From Alphaproteobacteria bacterium (lineage in GTDB: Bacteria > Pseudomonadota > Alphaproteobacteria > MPNO01), in NCBI GenBank assembly GCA_964291675.2, contig OZ219866.1, positions 2,624,001-2,688,000 on the forward strand: DNA of 64,000 nucleotides. Direction: 5' to 3'. The translations under genes were made by a program, and so were the position numbers. Positions 8,587 to 17,945 of the stretch are shown one piece after another (the stretch's first letter is position 1; every line of letters starts with the position of its first letter). Under the pieces are notes generated by a model. That model had not been told where the DNA came from. It ran no database searches and saw only the letters and a list, made by a program, of their open reading frames with translations.

Positions 8587-8937
8587 ATGCCAGCTCTCAC
8601 ACCGGACATCGTACCGGGTCTCGTCGCCGGCGGCGCCTCATGCCGGATGGACGCCGACGTAGCCCCCAGGTTCAAGGTGGGGGACCGGGTCACGGCGCGC
8701 GACGTGAACCCGATGTCGCATACCAGGCTGCCGCGCTACATCCGCGGCAGGACCGGAACCGTCGCGCGCGACCACGGCGTGTTCGCCTTCCCGGACACCT
8801 CGGTCAGCGGCGTCCACAGCGACCCGCAGCACGTCTACAGCGTGCGCTTCGAGGCGGACCATCTCTGGGGCGCGCACGCGAACGCGAATTCGAGCCTCTA
8901 TATCGACCTGTTCGACGATTACCTCGACCTTGCATGA
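8587..8937 (+). CDS. nthB: nitrile hydratase beta subunit, C-terminal SH3-like half
   Basis: Own GGAGG RBS and ATG; FKVGDRV, HTRLPRYIRG, YSVRFEADHLWG. Confidence 0.88.
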   Translation: MPALTPDIVPGLVAGGASCRMDADVAPRFKVGDRVTARDVNPMSHTRLPRYIRGRTGTVARDHGVFAFPDTSVSGVHSDPQHVYSVRFEADHLWGAHANANSSLYIDLFDDYLDLA

Positions 8938-8963
8938 GCGACGCGGGGCATGAGCGACGCGGG
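8932..8963. repeat. exact 16-bp tandem duplication GCATGAGCGACGCGGG
   Basis: Two adjacent copies at 8932-8947 and 8948-8963 spanning the accessory gene start. Confidence 0.9.
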
Positions 8964-9324
8964 CTCGCCTGACCGATTGCCGGAGCTTCCCTGGGACGCC
9001 GAGGACGGGCCGGTCTTCCGCGAGCCCTGGGAGGCGACCGCCTTCGCCATGGCGGTGCGGCTGTCGGAGGCCGGGAAGTTCACCTGGACCGAATGGGTCG
9101 ACTGCCTCTCGGCGGAGATCGCCGCCGCGAAGCAGCGGGGCGATCCCGATCTCGGGGACCGCTATTACGAGCACTGGCTGGCGGCGCTGGAAAGGCTGGT
9201 GGTCGACAAGGGGCTGGGAACCGAGTCGGAGCTTGCCGCGCTCAAGCACGACTGGACCGAGGCGACCGTCCACACCCCGCACGGCCAGCCGATCGAGCTG
9301 AAGAAGCGCAGCACCGCCGACTGA
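8950..9324 (+). CDS. nitrile hydratase accessory (P14K-type activator) protein
   Basis: GPVFREPWEATAFA, FTWTEW, YYEHWLAALE, TPHGQPIEL. Confidence 0.92.
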   Translation: MSDAGSPDRLPELPWDAEDGPVFREPWEATAFAMAVRLSEAGKFTWTEWVDCLSAEIAAAKQRGDPDLGDRYYEHWLAALERLVVDKGLGTESELAALKHDWTEATVHTPHGQPIELKKRSTAD

Positions 9325-9328
9325 CCGC

Positions 9329-10843
9329 CTACCGTTGCCGCCAGTCGCCCGCCCCCTCGAAAGCGGCGGCGGCGCGGTAGATCGTCGCCTCGCGCCACTT
9401 GCCCGCGACCAGCATCATGCCGACCGGCAGCCCGTCGCTCATGGCGCACGGAATCGACATGGCGGGGTGCCCGGTCACGTCGAACGGCGACGTGTTGGCC
9501 AGCATCTCGAAGGCGCGCTGGCAATAGAGGGCGAGCGGCGCATCGTCGGGCGGCAGCGGGGTCGCCTTCATCGGCAGGGTCGGCATGAGCAGCAGATCGC
9601 AGCTCTCGAACGCCGCGTCGTAGTCGGCCCGGAGCATGCGGGCGAGGTTCTGCGCCTTGGCGTAGTAGTGCCCGCCGAAATGCTTGAGGTAGTACTGGCC
9701 GATCAGCATGCAGATCTTGAGCGTGTCCGAGAGCTCGTCCGCGCCCTGCCGCCAGCCCGCGTGGTAGTCGAGCAGCGACGTGGTGTACATCCCCTTCCAG
9801 CCGGTCCCCATGCCGTTGCCGAGCATCATCTGGTTGGTCAGCCCCTCGACCGCGATCGGCGTCCAGATGGCGGGGCCGTCGAGATGGGACGGGACGGTGA
9901 TTTCTTCGACCGAGGCGCCGAGGCCCTCGAAGACCGCGCAAGCGGCGCGCACCGCGGCGTCCACGTCGGGCTCCGAGTTCGCATGTCCGAACCCCTCGCT
10001 CACGACGCCGATCCGCAAGCCTTCCGCGCCCTCGCCGATCGCGGCCACGTAGTCGTCGACCTGCGGGTCGTATTGTCGCGGGTCGAGGCCGTCGGCGCCG
10101 GCGATCGCCTGCAGCATGGCGGCGTTGTCGCGCACGTTCGCCGTCATCGGCCCGGTGTGGTCGATGGTGGTCTCGATCGGCATCACCCCGGTATAGGGCA
10201 CCAGGCCGTGGGTCGGCTTGAGGCCGTAGCAGCCGCTATAGGAGGACGGGATCCTGATCGAGCCGCCCTGGTCGCCGCCGATCGCCATGTCGACCTCGCC
10301 GCCCGCCACCAGGGCCGCCGAGCCCGACGAGGAGCCGCCGGCGGAGTAGCCGGGCTTGTGCGGGTTCTCCACCTGGCCGTGGGCGCTGGTATGGCTGCCG
10401 CCGGACAGGCAGAAATACTCGCAATGCGCCTTGCCGACGATGGTCGCGCCGGCGTCGAGCAGGCGGGTGGCGATGGTCGCGTCGACATCGGGGGTGTAGC
10501 CCTGGAGCGTGGAGGCGCCGTTCATCATCGGCACGCCGGCGAGGCAGACATTGTCCTTGAGGGCGACCGTGCGGCCCGCCAGCGGCCCGTCCGCCGCGCC
10601 GCGGATCTCGGTCCGCACATGCCAGGCGTTGTAGGGGTTGTCGCCGGCCGCCGGGTGGCTGAACCCGCCGCGCGGATACTTCACCGGCGGCAGGTTGTCG
10701 GGCATCGCGTCGACCGCGTCATAGGCATCAAGCGTGCCCTGCATCACGTCGAGGAAGTCCTGGATGCGGTCGTCGCTCATGGTCATGCTCAGCTCCGCGA
10801 CGACTTCCTTGAGCTGGGCGTGTGTCGGCCTCTGCGCTGTCAT
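9329..10843 (-). CDS. amidase (amidase signature family, NHase-associated type)
   Basis: ALKDN catalytic Lys, [18 protein letters not shown]. Confidence 0.93.
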   Translation of the reverse strand: MTAQRPTHAQLKEVVAELSMTMSDDRIQDFLDVMQGTLDAYDAVDAMPDNLPPVKYPRGGFSHPAAGDNPYNAWHVRTEIRGAADGPLAGRTVALKDNVCLAGVPMMNGASTLQGYTPDVDATIATRLLDAGATIVGKAHCEYFCLSGGSHTSAHGQVENPHKPGYSAGGSSSGSAALVAGGEVDMAIGGDQGGSIRIPSSYSGCYGLKPTHGLVPYTGVMPIETTIDHTGPMTANVRDNAAMLQAIAGADGLDPRQYDPQVDDYVAAIGEGAEGLRIGVVSEGFGHANSEPDVDAAVRAACAVFEGLGASVEEITVPSHLDGPAIWTPIAVEGLTNQMMLGNGMGTGWKGMYTTSLLDYHAGWRQGADELSDTLKICMLIGQYYLKHFGGHYYAKAQNLARMLRADYDAAFESCDLLLMPTLPMKATPLPPDDAPLALYCQRAFEMLANTSPFDVTGHPAMSIPCAMSDGLPVGMMLVAGKWREATIYRAAAAFEGAGDWRQR

Positions 10844-10965
10844 GTCGGCAACCCTCCCTGCGAGACTGGCGCCGCCTATCCGGCCAGATTTTCGGACCGA
10901 AGGCAAATCGCCATGCGCCGGGCCGGCGCGCGACCGGCGCCGACGATCCGCGGCCGCTCGGGCGC

Positions 10966-12231
10966 TCAGAAGAAGACGAAGGCGCGGACCACGACGTTCT
11001 TGCGGCAGGGCGCGTCGGCGGGCGCGGTCGGGTCGATGCAGGCGGTGTGGAAGGACCAGCGCGAGACCGAGCCGTCGGCGACGGAGTCGTAGCATTTGAG
11101 CATCGAGACCTCGGTGGAGGTCTGCTGCGGAAGCCAGTACCACTCGTGATCGGGCCGGTAGGTGAAGCGCGTGGTCTCGCCGACGCGGTCGTCGTAGATG
11201 CGGTAGTTGGTGATATAGGGCTGATCGGCGAAAGAGGGCCAGGCGCAGAGCACGAAGGGGTACTGGCCCACGGTCTCCATCGGCTTGGCGAGATTGATCG
11301 ACATGAAGCGCCGCGACATCTTGGCGTCGGCCTCCGCCTCGGTGTAGCGCTGCTCGCGCCCGAAATTGCGCAGATTCCTGGTCAGCAGCTCGCGGCAGCG
11401 CACCCGGCCGCTGTTGTCGTTGAGGTCGTTGTGCACGAGGTTGACGTAGCTGGCGTTCACCCCCGGGTTCCTGGCCTCCTGGTCTTCCGTGCGGTCGCCC
11501 CGATAGTCCTTGTCGAATATGTCGTGGTTGTAGACCAGCGCATCGGTCGCATTCGGGAAGAAGCCCAGCAGGAGCGCCTCGATCTCCGGGTAGAACACGC
11601 GTTCCACCTCCGCCGAGTCGTAGAAGTTCCCGCACTCGGATTCGAGATGCGCCAGCGAGACGCCGAGCCTGTCCATGCATTCGGGGCTCTCGACCGAGAG
11701 GCTGGGGTAGTACTCGCCGATGCGGCGCGCGTCGCGCATCACCTGCGGGAAGTAGAGGGCGCGGCGGGCGTTGTTCTCTTCCGCCTTGCGCAGCAGCTTC
11801 GCCTCTGCCGCGCGCGCCGGGTCCCGCCACAGCGCGTTGGACGTGACGACGGAGTAGGACGGCTGCTCGTGCGCGGTGTATCGCAGCGGCAGCGCGAGCC
11901 CGCCTTCGGGGGCCTCGATGCCGTTCGCCCGGATATATTCCAGGCACTCCTCGTAGTCGCGGAATCCGGGGCCCCACTCTGTCTCGATGGGGCCGGGCGG
12001 CGCGCTCTCGATCCGGTCGATGAACGCCTGCACGCGCCCTTCGGCGACCTGGTCGAGCGCCGCCTGGATCGCCGCTTGCGTCCCCGCATCGCCGTCCCGG
12101 TCGAACGACATGTAGGACAGGCCGCCATTCGCCGCGACCGGCGGCGGCTGTCCTTCGGTCAGTTGAAGCGACGGCACATAGACCGATGCATCCGGCGCGG
12201 CGCGGTTTCCGATCGTTTCGTGCCCGTCCAT
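10966..12231 (-). CDS. CmcJ/NvfI(AsaB)-like oxidoreductase with N-terminal extension
   Basis: [43 protein letters not shown] resemble the family; GGAGGG RBS. Confidence 0.7.
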   Translation of the reverse strand: MDGHETIGNRAAPDASVYVPSLQLTEGQPPPVAANGGLSYMSFDRDGDAGTQAAIQAALDQVAEGRVQAFIDRIESAPPGPIETEWGPGFRDYEECLEYIRANGIEAPEGGLALPLRYTAHEQPSYSVVTSNALWRDPARAAEAKLLRKAEENNARRALYFPQVMRDARRIGEYYPSLSVESPECMDRLGVSLAHLESECGNFYDSAEVERVFYPEIEALLLGFFPNATDALVYNHDIFDKDYRGDRTEDQEARNPGVNASYVNLVHNDLNDNSGRVRCRELLTRNLRNFGREQRYTEAEADAKMSRRFMSINLAKPMETVGQYPFVLCAWPSFADQPYITNYRIYDDRVGETTRFTYRPDHEWYWLPQQTSTEVSMLKCYDSVADGSVSRWSFHTACIDPTAPADAPCRKNVVVRAFVFF

Positions 12232-12417
12232 GACATGCCCTCCGGCTAGAGACGTTTCGTCGCGGCACGCAGGGATGCGCAGGTTCCAGGACGCGAGCCC
12301 GACCGTGACGATTTTAGCGAACCGGTGCGCCCGGTGCCAAATGCGGCGTTGCGCCGGCACCGCGCTCGTCACGCTACAATCGCGCCACATACGGGCAAGC
12401 CGGAAAGGAGTGCGGCG

Positions 12418-12648
12418 ATGACGATCCCGCCCCCGGTGGAAATCCTCGGCATCGTCGCCATCGCGACGATGGTCGTCTGCTACGCTCTGGAGAGACGCGG
12501 CACGGTCTTCATCGCGGCCTTCGCGGCCGGCTGCGCCCTCGCGGCCGTGTACGCCTACCTGATCGGCTCCTATCCCTTCCTGGTCGCCGAAGGAATCTGG
12601 GCGGTGGTGGCGGCGCGCCGCTGGCAGGTCGCGCGGCGCCTCGCCTGA
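12418..12648 (+). CDS. small membrane protein (CBU_0592-like)
   Basis: AGGAG RBS, three hydrophobic segments, YPFLVAEGIW. Confidence 0.7.
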   Translation: MTIPPPVEILGIVAIATMVVCYALERRGTVFIAAFAAGCALAAVYAYLIGSYPFLVAEGIWAVVAARRWQVARRLA

Positions 12649-12797
12649 CGCCGGCCCGGGGCTGCGTCCCGCATTTCGATCTCCTAACAGGTTCCGGGCG
12701 GTCCGTTCGCGCACCGGCTGCCTCGCAGCCTCGCTGAACTTGGTGAGGGGCTCGGTCCGGATCGATGGAGCATGAACGGGGTATGGGACACCAGTCT

Positions 12798-12883
12798 TGT
12801 AACCGGTAATAATTTGGCACATATAACCGGAAACGCGCTGAATTGTGTTACCGGTAATAGTCATGGTAACGTGTCCGGTAACA
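12798..12883. promoter_or_regulatory. array of four palindromic boxes (approx. TWACCGGWAAY) at exact 24-bp period
   Basis: CCGG cores at 12803, 12827, 12851 and 12875 in an AT-rich stretch directly upstream of a two-gene operon. Confidence 0.75.
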
Positions 12884-12901
12884 TGCATCGAGGACACCCC
12901 G

Positions 12902-13252
12902 ATGGCATCTGCGAATGCGGCCGCGAATGAACGGGTATATCGGTCCCGCGAACGTCGTCGACGGGCTGGCTTGAAACGCGTCGAAGTCTTCGTTCCTGCC
13001 AACCAGGTCGACAAGTTGAAGGCCTACGCCGCCCAGCTGCGCGAAGGCTCGGAATCGGAGGCGGTCAAGGAAGCGCGGATGCTGATCGCGAAGGCGTACA
13101 GGAAGTACCGCGCAAAATGCCTCGACAACATCGACGTCGATCCCGAGAAGGCCGGGCTGGCCGATGCCGCGGTGGTCGCCGCCGCGCTCATGCATCGGGG
13201 AAACTCGGAAGCCTATAACCTCGGGCGAATGCTCATGAGGTTGACAAGGTAA
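12902..13252 (+). CDS. putative antitoxin/DNA-binding protein
   Basis: ERVYRSRERRRRAGLKRVEVFVP (MazE/RHH-like N-terminus); TAATG coupling to the next gene. Confidence 0.65.
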   Translation: MASANAAANERVYRSRERRRRAGLKRVEVFVPANQVDKLKAYAAQLREGSESEAVKEARMLIAKAYRKYRAKCLDNIDVDPEKAGLADAAVVAAALMHRGNSEAYNLGRMLMRLTR

Positions 13253-14061
13253 TGCCCCTCACCGCGATCCAGCAGTCCGCTGCCGAAATCCTTCGCCCTC
13301 ACCGCTCGGAGTACAACTACGTTGCCGGCGGTGCAGCCTTGAACCGTGAATGGCCGAGACTGTCGGACGACATGGATATCTTCCTGGATGACAGGGGCCG
13401 TCTCGCTCACGCTGTCGAGCCTGAGCTCGAGACGCTGCGGAACGCGGGCTACGCCGTCGAACTCACAACCGACAACGACCTTGTCGTCGAGACCATCCTC
13501 AGAAAGGGCGGAGAGGAGACGCGGGTCCAGTGGTTCGATGACGAAGACGCATGTCGGCGTTTCTTCCCGGCCCAGGACGATCCCGAGTTTGGATTTCGAC
13601 TGCACGATGCAGACCTGGCGGTGAACAAGGTTCTCTGCGCGGCGCGCCGGAATTCGGCGGCGCGGGACGCGGTCGATCTCGTCAACATCGTCCAGCGCTA
13701 CGCACCGCTCGGCCCGCTGGCGTGGGCGGTGAGCGGCAAGGCACCGGACATGGCGCCCCCGTCCACTTTGCGCGCCATCCGTGCCAATGCATTTGGATAC
13801 GCCGAGGAAGAGGTCGAGACCGTGCGCATGGAGGACGGCTCCAGGATAGAATGGCAGCACATGCGTCGGGTCCTTGACCGGGCATTGGAGGTTGCCTCGG
13901 ACTACTGCGCGCGCATCGCCCCCGTGGAACATCCCGGCTGCCTGTTCGTCGACGCAGATGAGCGGCCTGTCGAGGCCGATGACGCCACGATCGCCAATGG
14001 AACGGCTATCGCAATGACCATCCGGGTTTTCGCCGGTATTCCGGTGCTTGGAGGTAACTGA
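13252..14061 (+). CDS. AbiEii/AbiGii-like nucleotidyltransferase, putative toxin
   Basis: YVAGGAAL, RLSDDMDIF, DLAVNKV, ARDAVDL motifs. Confidence 0.78.
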   Translation: MPLTAIQQSAAEILRPHRSEYNYVAGGAALNREWPRLSDDMDIFLDDRGRLAHAVEPELETLRNAGYAVELTTDNDLVVETILRKGGEETRVQWFDDEDACRRFFPAQDDPEFGFRLHDADLAVNKVLCAARRNSAARDAVDLVNIVQRYAPLGPLAWAVSGKAPDMAPPSTLRAIRANAFGYAEEEVETVRMEDGSRIEWQHMRRVLDRALEVASDYCARIAPVEHPGCLFVDADERPVEADDATIANGTAIAMTIRVFAGIPVLGGN

Positions 14062-14329
14062 CGGTCAGATGTCGCAGTTTCGTCTGCAATTGACGGGAGT
14101 GGATCTTCAATCGCGGAGCTTTCGTCAACGCGTCGGCCGATGCTTGACCGGCGTCTCCGAGAGCCTGGTCTCCCCGGCTGTGTAGCGAGATCGACGAAGG
14201 CATCCGCGTCGTCGCGACATGCCCCGGCGACAGGTCGCAATCCGAGGCCCGACGCCGGTCGCGCTCGCCGGTGGACGGCGGCGGGGCGGGCAAGTAGGAA
14301 CGTGCGGGACGCTGCCAGGGGAGGGCCGC

Positions 14330-14695
14330 ATGAAATATGTCCGCATGTACACCGACGACGCCGGGGAGACGCATTTCGAAGATGTCGAGGTGGCGACCGC
14401 GCCGCAGGAATTCGCGCCGCCGACCGAGCCGGTCCACGTATCCGACCCGGCGCCCGCGGCGCGCATCCTGTTCGTCCGCATACCGCGCGGCTGGTTCGGC
14501 GACTGGCACGCCACGCCCAAGCGGCAGTTCAACACCACCATCGAGGGCGAGCTCGAGATCACGATGAGCGACGGCGAGAGCCGGATATTCGGTGCCGGCG
14601 CGGTGCGGCTGATGGAAGACACGACCGGCAAGGGCCACCGGACGCGGGTGGTCGGCGATGCCGACGTGGTCAGCCTGATCGCCCAGACCGAGTGA
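14330..14695 (+). CDS. cupin domain protein
   Basis: YTDDAGETHFED, WHATPKRQ, EDTTGKGH. Confidence 0.85.
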   Translation: MKYVRMYTDDAGETHFEDVEVATAPQEFAPPTEPVHVSDPAPAARILFVRIPRGWFGDWHATPKRQFNTTIEGELEITMSDGESRIFGAGAVRLMEDTTGKGHRTRVVGDADVVSLIAQTE

Positions 14696-14750
14696 GCCCG
14701 GAGGTTGCCGGCGACCGCGCGCGAGGGACGACGGCGGGGGAGGCGTCGCG

Positions 14751-15860
14751 ATGCATGAGATCCGTATCGACCGGAGCAAGCCGCTTTCCGCGGAGCCGCA
14801 TGTCGGGCACAACCGCTACCACCCCGACATCGAGCCGGTGCTGGAAGTCGGCGAGGGCGAAGAGGTGGTCATCGAGACCCGCGACGCGGTCGACGGCCAG
14901 ATTACGCCGGAGACCACCGAAGCGGATTTCGCCGGCTTCGAGGTCGGCGCGGTTCACCCGCTGACCGGTCCGGTCGCGGTCAAGGGCGCCGAGCCGGGCG
15001 ATGCGCTCGAAATCGAATTTTTGGACATCGTGCCGCAGGCGACCGCGTTCAGCGCGATCCTGCCGGGGCTCGGTTTCCTGCGCGACATCATGACCGAGCG
15101 GTTTCTCGTCCACTGGACGCTCAGCGACGGCTGGGCGACCTCGCCGCAGATTCCCGGCGTCCGGATTCCGGGCGCGCCCTTCATGGGGATCTCGGGCGTC
15201 GCGCCGTCGGCCGACAAGCTGAGGGAATGGACCGAGCGCGAGCAGCGGCTGGCCGACCGGGGCGGCGCCGTCGCGCCGCCGCGCCTGCAGGGCGCGGTGC
15301 CGGGGGGCGCTTGCGGGCTTCAGGGCCTGCGCACCCAGCCGCCGCGCGAGAACGGCGGCAATTTCGACGTGAAGCAGCTCACCAAAGGCGCGAAGCTGGT
15401 TCTGCCGGTGTTTGTCCCGGGGGCGTTGTTCTCCACCGGCGACGGGCATTTCGCCCAGGGAGACGGCGAGGTCTCGGTGACCGCCGTCGAGATGGGCGCG
15501 ACGGTGGCGGTCCGCTTCAGGCTGTACAAGGGGCTCGCGGCATCGCGCCGGTTCACCGCGCCGGTGTTCAGCCACGACCGCTATTTCGCCGATCCCGAGA
15601 TCGCGGTGCCGCGGCGCTTTCTCGGCGTCATGGGCATGCCGATCGCCGACGATGGCGAGAACGACGGCGAGAACCTGACGCTCGCCTGCCGCAACGCGGT
15701 GCTCAACATGATGGAGCTTCTCCAGGAGCGCGGCTTCAGCCGCGAGCAGGCCTATGTGATCTGCAGCGTCGCCGTCGACCTCAGGGTCTCCAACGTGGTG
15801 GACGTGCCGAACTACGTGGTCTCGGCGCTGCTCCCGGAGACCATCTTCGACGGCGATTGA
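14751..15860 (+). CDS. acetamidase/formamidase family protein
   Basis: HPLTGPVAVKGAEPGD, PRENGGNFD, GDGHFAQGDGEV. Confidence 0.92.
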   Translation: MHEIRIDRSKPLSAEPHVGHNRYHPDIEPVLEVGEGEEVVIETRDAVDGQITPETTEADFAGFEVGAVHPLTGPVAVKGAEPGDALEIEFLDIVPQATAFSAILPGLGFLRDIMTERFLVHWTLSDGWATSPQIPGVRIPGAPFMGISGVAPSADKLREWTEREQRLADRGGAVAPPRLQGAVPGGACGLQGLRTQPPRENGGNFDVKQLTKGAKLVLPVFVPGALFSTGDGHFAQGDGEVSVTAVEMGATVAVRFRLYKGLAASRRFTAPVFSHDRYFADPEIAVPRRFLGVMGMPIADDGENDGENLTLACRNAVLNMMELLQERGFSREQAYVICSVAVDLRVSNVVDVPNYVVSALLPETIFDGD

Positions 15861-15967
15861 GCCCCCGCCGAACCGGCCGCCGGCCATCCGGCTTGGCGGA
15901 GAAACCGTCCGTGCACTAACATTCGACCCGGACCGGCCCGTCCATCGCACAACATGGGGAGCGGGAG

Positions 15968-17047
15968 ATGTCGCGGCAGCAGGCGACGACAGCGGACGAT
16001 TTCCTCGCCGAAGTGTATGGCGCGGCGCTCGATTTTCCGGGCTCCGCCGGGCAACCGGTCGTCCGGCCGAAGAAGCACCTCATCCAGGCGCATCACTGGA
16101 AAGCCGCCGAGATCGAGCGGCTGACCGAAAAGGCGGCGGGCATGGCGCTCGGCGAGCGGCGCATGCTGCGGCTTGCCAACCCCGGGACGCCGGGATGGAA
16201 ATACGCGACCCAGTCGCTCTCGGTTTCGGTCCAGCAGATCCTGCCCAACGAGATCGCCGTGCCGCACCGGCATACGGCAAACGCGATCCGTTTCTTCCTC
16301 AAGGGCAGCGGCGCTTACACGACGGTCGAGAACGACAAGTGCATCATGGAGCCCGGCGACCTGATCGTGACGCCGGGCGGCGAGTGGCACGACTATGGCG
16401 GAGAAGGCAACGAGGCCGGCGTGTGGCTCGATGCGCTCGACCTTCCGCTGGTGCAGTATCTCGACGCGATGGGCTGGCTCGAAACCGTGGGCGAATATGT
16501 CGGCTATCAGGTGTCGGACGAGACGCAGCTATCGGGATCGGCGGCGGGGCTTTCGGAGAAGCGCTACAGCGCGGCGGGGCTGAAGCCGGTTTGGGACAGC
16601 GGCGGCAGCTCGCACCGCGTGGGGCTCATCCACTACCGCTGGGCGGCGACCCATGAGGCGCTCTGCCGCCTCGCCGAGACCGAGGTCAGCCCGTTCGACG
16701 ACGTGATCCTCGAATACGTCAATCCGGCGACCGGCAAGTCGCTCTACCCCACCTTCGCCTGCTGCGTTCAGATGATCCGGCCCGGCGTGCGGACCCGGGC
16801 TCATCGGCACGCCAGCTGCGCGGTGTATTACGTCTTCCGGGGCGAGGGCCACAGCCTGGTGGGGGACCGGCGGTTCGATTGGGCCGAGGGCGACCTGTTC
16901 GTGGTCCCGAACTGGTTCTGGCACGAGCATGCCAATCCGAACGGCGAGCCTGCGATCCTGTTCTCGATCCACGACTTCCCGGCCATGAAGTCGCTCGGCA
17001 TCTACCGCGAGATGCCCCACCCCGACGGCCACCTCCCGCAGGCTTGA
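15968..17047 (+). CDS. gentisate 1,2-dioxygenase-like bicupin
   Basis: ERRMLRLANPG, PHRHTANAIRF, WLDALDLP, LEYVNPATG, AHRH. Confidence 0.82.
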   Translation: MSRQQATTADDFLAEVYGAALDFPGSAGQPVVRPKKHLIQAHHWKAAEIERLTEKAAGMALGERRMLRLANPGTPGWKYATQSLSVSVQQILPNEIAVPHRHTANAIRFFLKGSGAYTTVENDKCIMEPGDLIVTPGGEWHDYGGEGNEAGVWLDALDLPLVQYLDAMGWLETVGEYVGYQVSDETQLSGSAAGLSEKRYSAAGLKPVWDSGGSSHRVGLIHYRWAATHEALCRLAETEVSPFDDVILEYVNPATGKSLYPTFACCVQMIRPGVRTRAHRHASCAVYYVFRGEGHSLVGDRRFDWAEGDLFVVPNWFWHEHANPNGEPAILFSIHDFPAMKSLGIYREMPHPDGHLPQA

Positions 17048-17078
17048 GACGCCAAAGAGCCGCCGAGCCCGGTCCCGC

Positions 17079-17492
17079 TCAGGCGGCGGCCGCTTCCATC
17101 TCCGCCTCCGTCAGCTCGCGGGTGCCGTACTCGGCCGGCGAGGTGATCTCCAGCATCTCCAGGTCGTCGGACCAGTCGACGACCGAGTGCTTGATCTCGG
17201 GCGGCAGCATGTGGACCGAGCCCGCCCTCAGCGTCTCCTCGCCGTGCCCCTCGTACCAGAACCTCACCCAGCCGCTGACCACGTAGACGATCAGGAAATC
17301 GATGTCGGTGTGAACATGGGCCTCGATCGGCGGCGGGCCGTCGCCGCCGCGGATCAGATGCGCGCCGTACTTGCCGCCGGTCGCCTCCTCGACGCCGAAA
17401 TGCCGGTAGACGAACTGATCGCGGATACCCTCTTTTCCGTAGGTTGCGCCATCGGCGTGGTCGATCACCAGCTTTTGCCTGAAATCCGACAT
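17079..17492 (-). CDS. cupin domain protein
   Basis: HVH, YVVSGWVRF, PPEIKH, LEITSPA. Confidence 0.85.
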   Translation of the reverse strand: MSDFRQKLVIDHADGATYGKEGIRDQFVYRHFGVEEATGGKYGAHLIRGGDGPPPIEAHVHTDIDFLIVYVVSGWVRFWYEGHGEETLRAGSVHMLPPEIKHSVVDWSDDLEMLEITSPAEYGTRELTEAEMEAAAA

Positions 17493-17556
17493 CGGACCCT
17501 CCGTTCCGTCTGGACGATGCGCCAGCCTATCGCGATTCGGGCGTGACGGTTAGCAG

Positions 17557-17901
17557 TCAAACCGCGGCCACCAGCATGATCTCGACCTGGGTGCCGGGCG
17601 TGAGCTCGACGCCCACCGCGGCCCGTGCGGGCAGGCAGGCGGGATCGAGCCAGGCCATCCAGACCTCGTTCATCGCGTCCTTCTGCGACAGGTCCGCCAT
17701 ATAGACCGTCGCCGAGAGAACGCGCGACTTGTCGCTGCCCGCTTCGGCGAGAAAGCCGTCGATCAACGCGAGCACCTGTTCCGTCTGGCCCTTGAGGTCG
17801 AGGGTCTTGTCCTCGGCGACGATGCCCGAAAGATAGGCCAGCCCGCCATGCACGACCGCGCGGGCGTTCCACGCGCCCGGCTTTATTCTGTCGATGGTCA
17901 T
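17557..17901 (-). CDS. RidA family protein (YoaB-like)
   Basis: AYLSG, GQT, AMNEVW, PARA, VEI motifs. Confidence 0.9.
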   Translation of the reverse strand: MTIDRIKPGAWNARAVVHGGLAYLSGIVAEDKTLDLKGQTEQVLALIDGFLAEAGSDKSRVLSATVYMADLSQKDAMNEVWMAWLDPACLPARAAVGVELTPGTQVEIMLVAAV

Positions 17902-17945
17902 GAGTCGCTCCTCCTCGTTCGAATCGCGGCGCGGCCGTCATGCGC

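Noticed and set aside
8273-8937. nthB as a frameshifted pseudogene
   Set aside because: The break is at the domain linker, the second half has its own RBS and ATG, and all motifs are intact; an error cannot be fully excluded without reads
9329-12268. 979-aa amidase fusion and 682-aa extended oxidoreductase ORFs
   Set aside because: The upstream extensions are low-complexity and overlap other genes; RBS-supported starts lie at 10843 and 12231
12232-12417. Possible riboswitch or sigma54 promoter upstream of the CmcJ-like gene
   Set aside because: TGGCAC lacks a properly spaced TTGC, and no riboswitch consensus was recognisable
12798-12883. 24-bp periodic repeats as a CRISPR array
   Set aside because: Units of about 11 bp, degenerate, with 13-bp spacers and no cas genes; position fits operators
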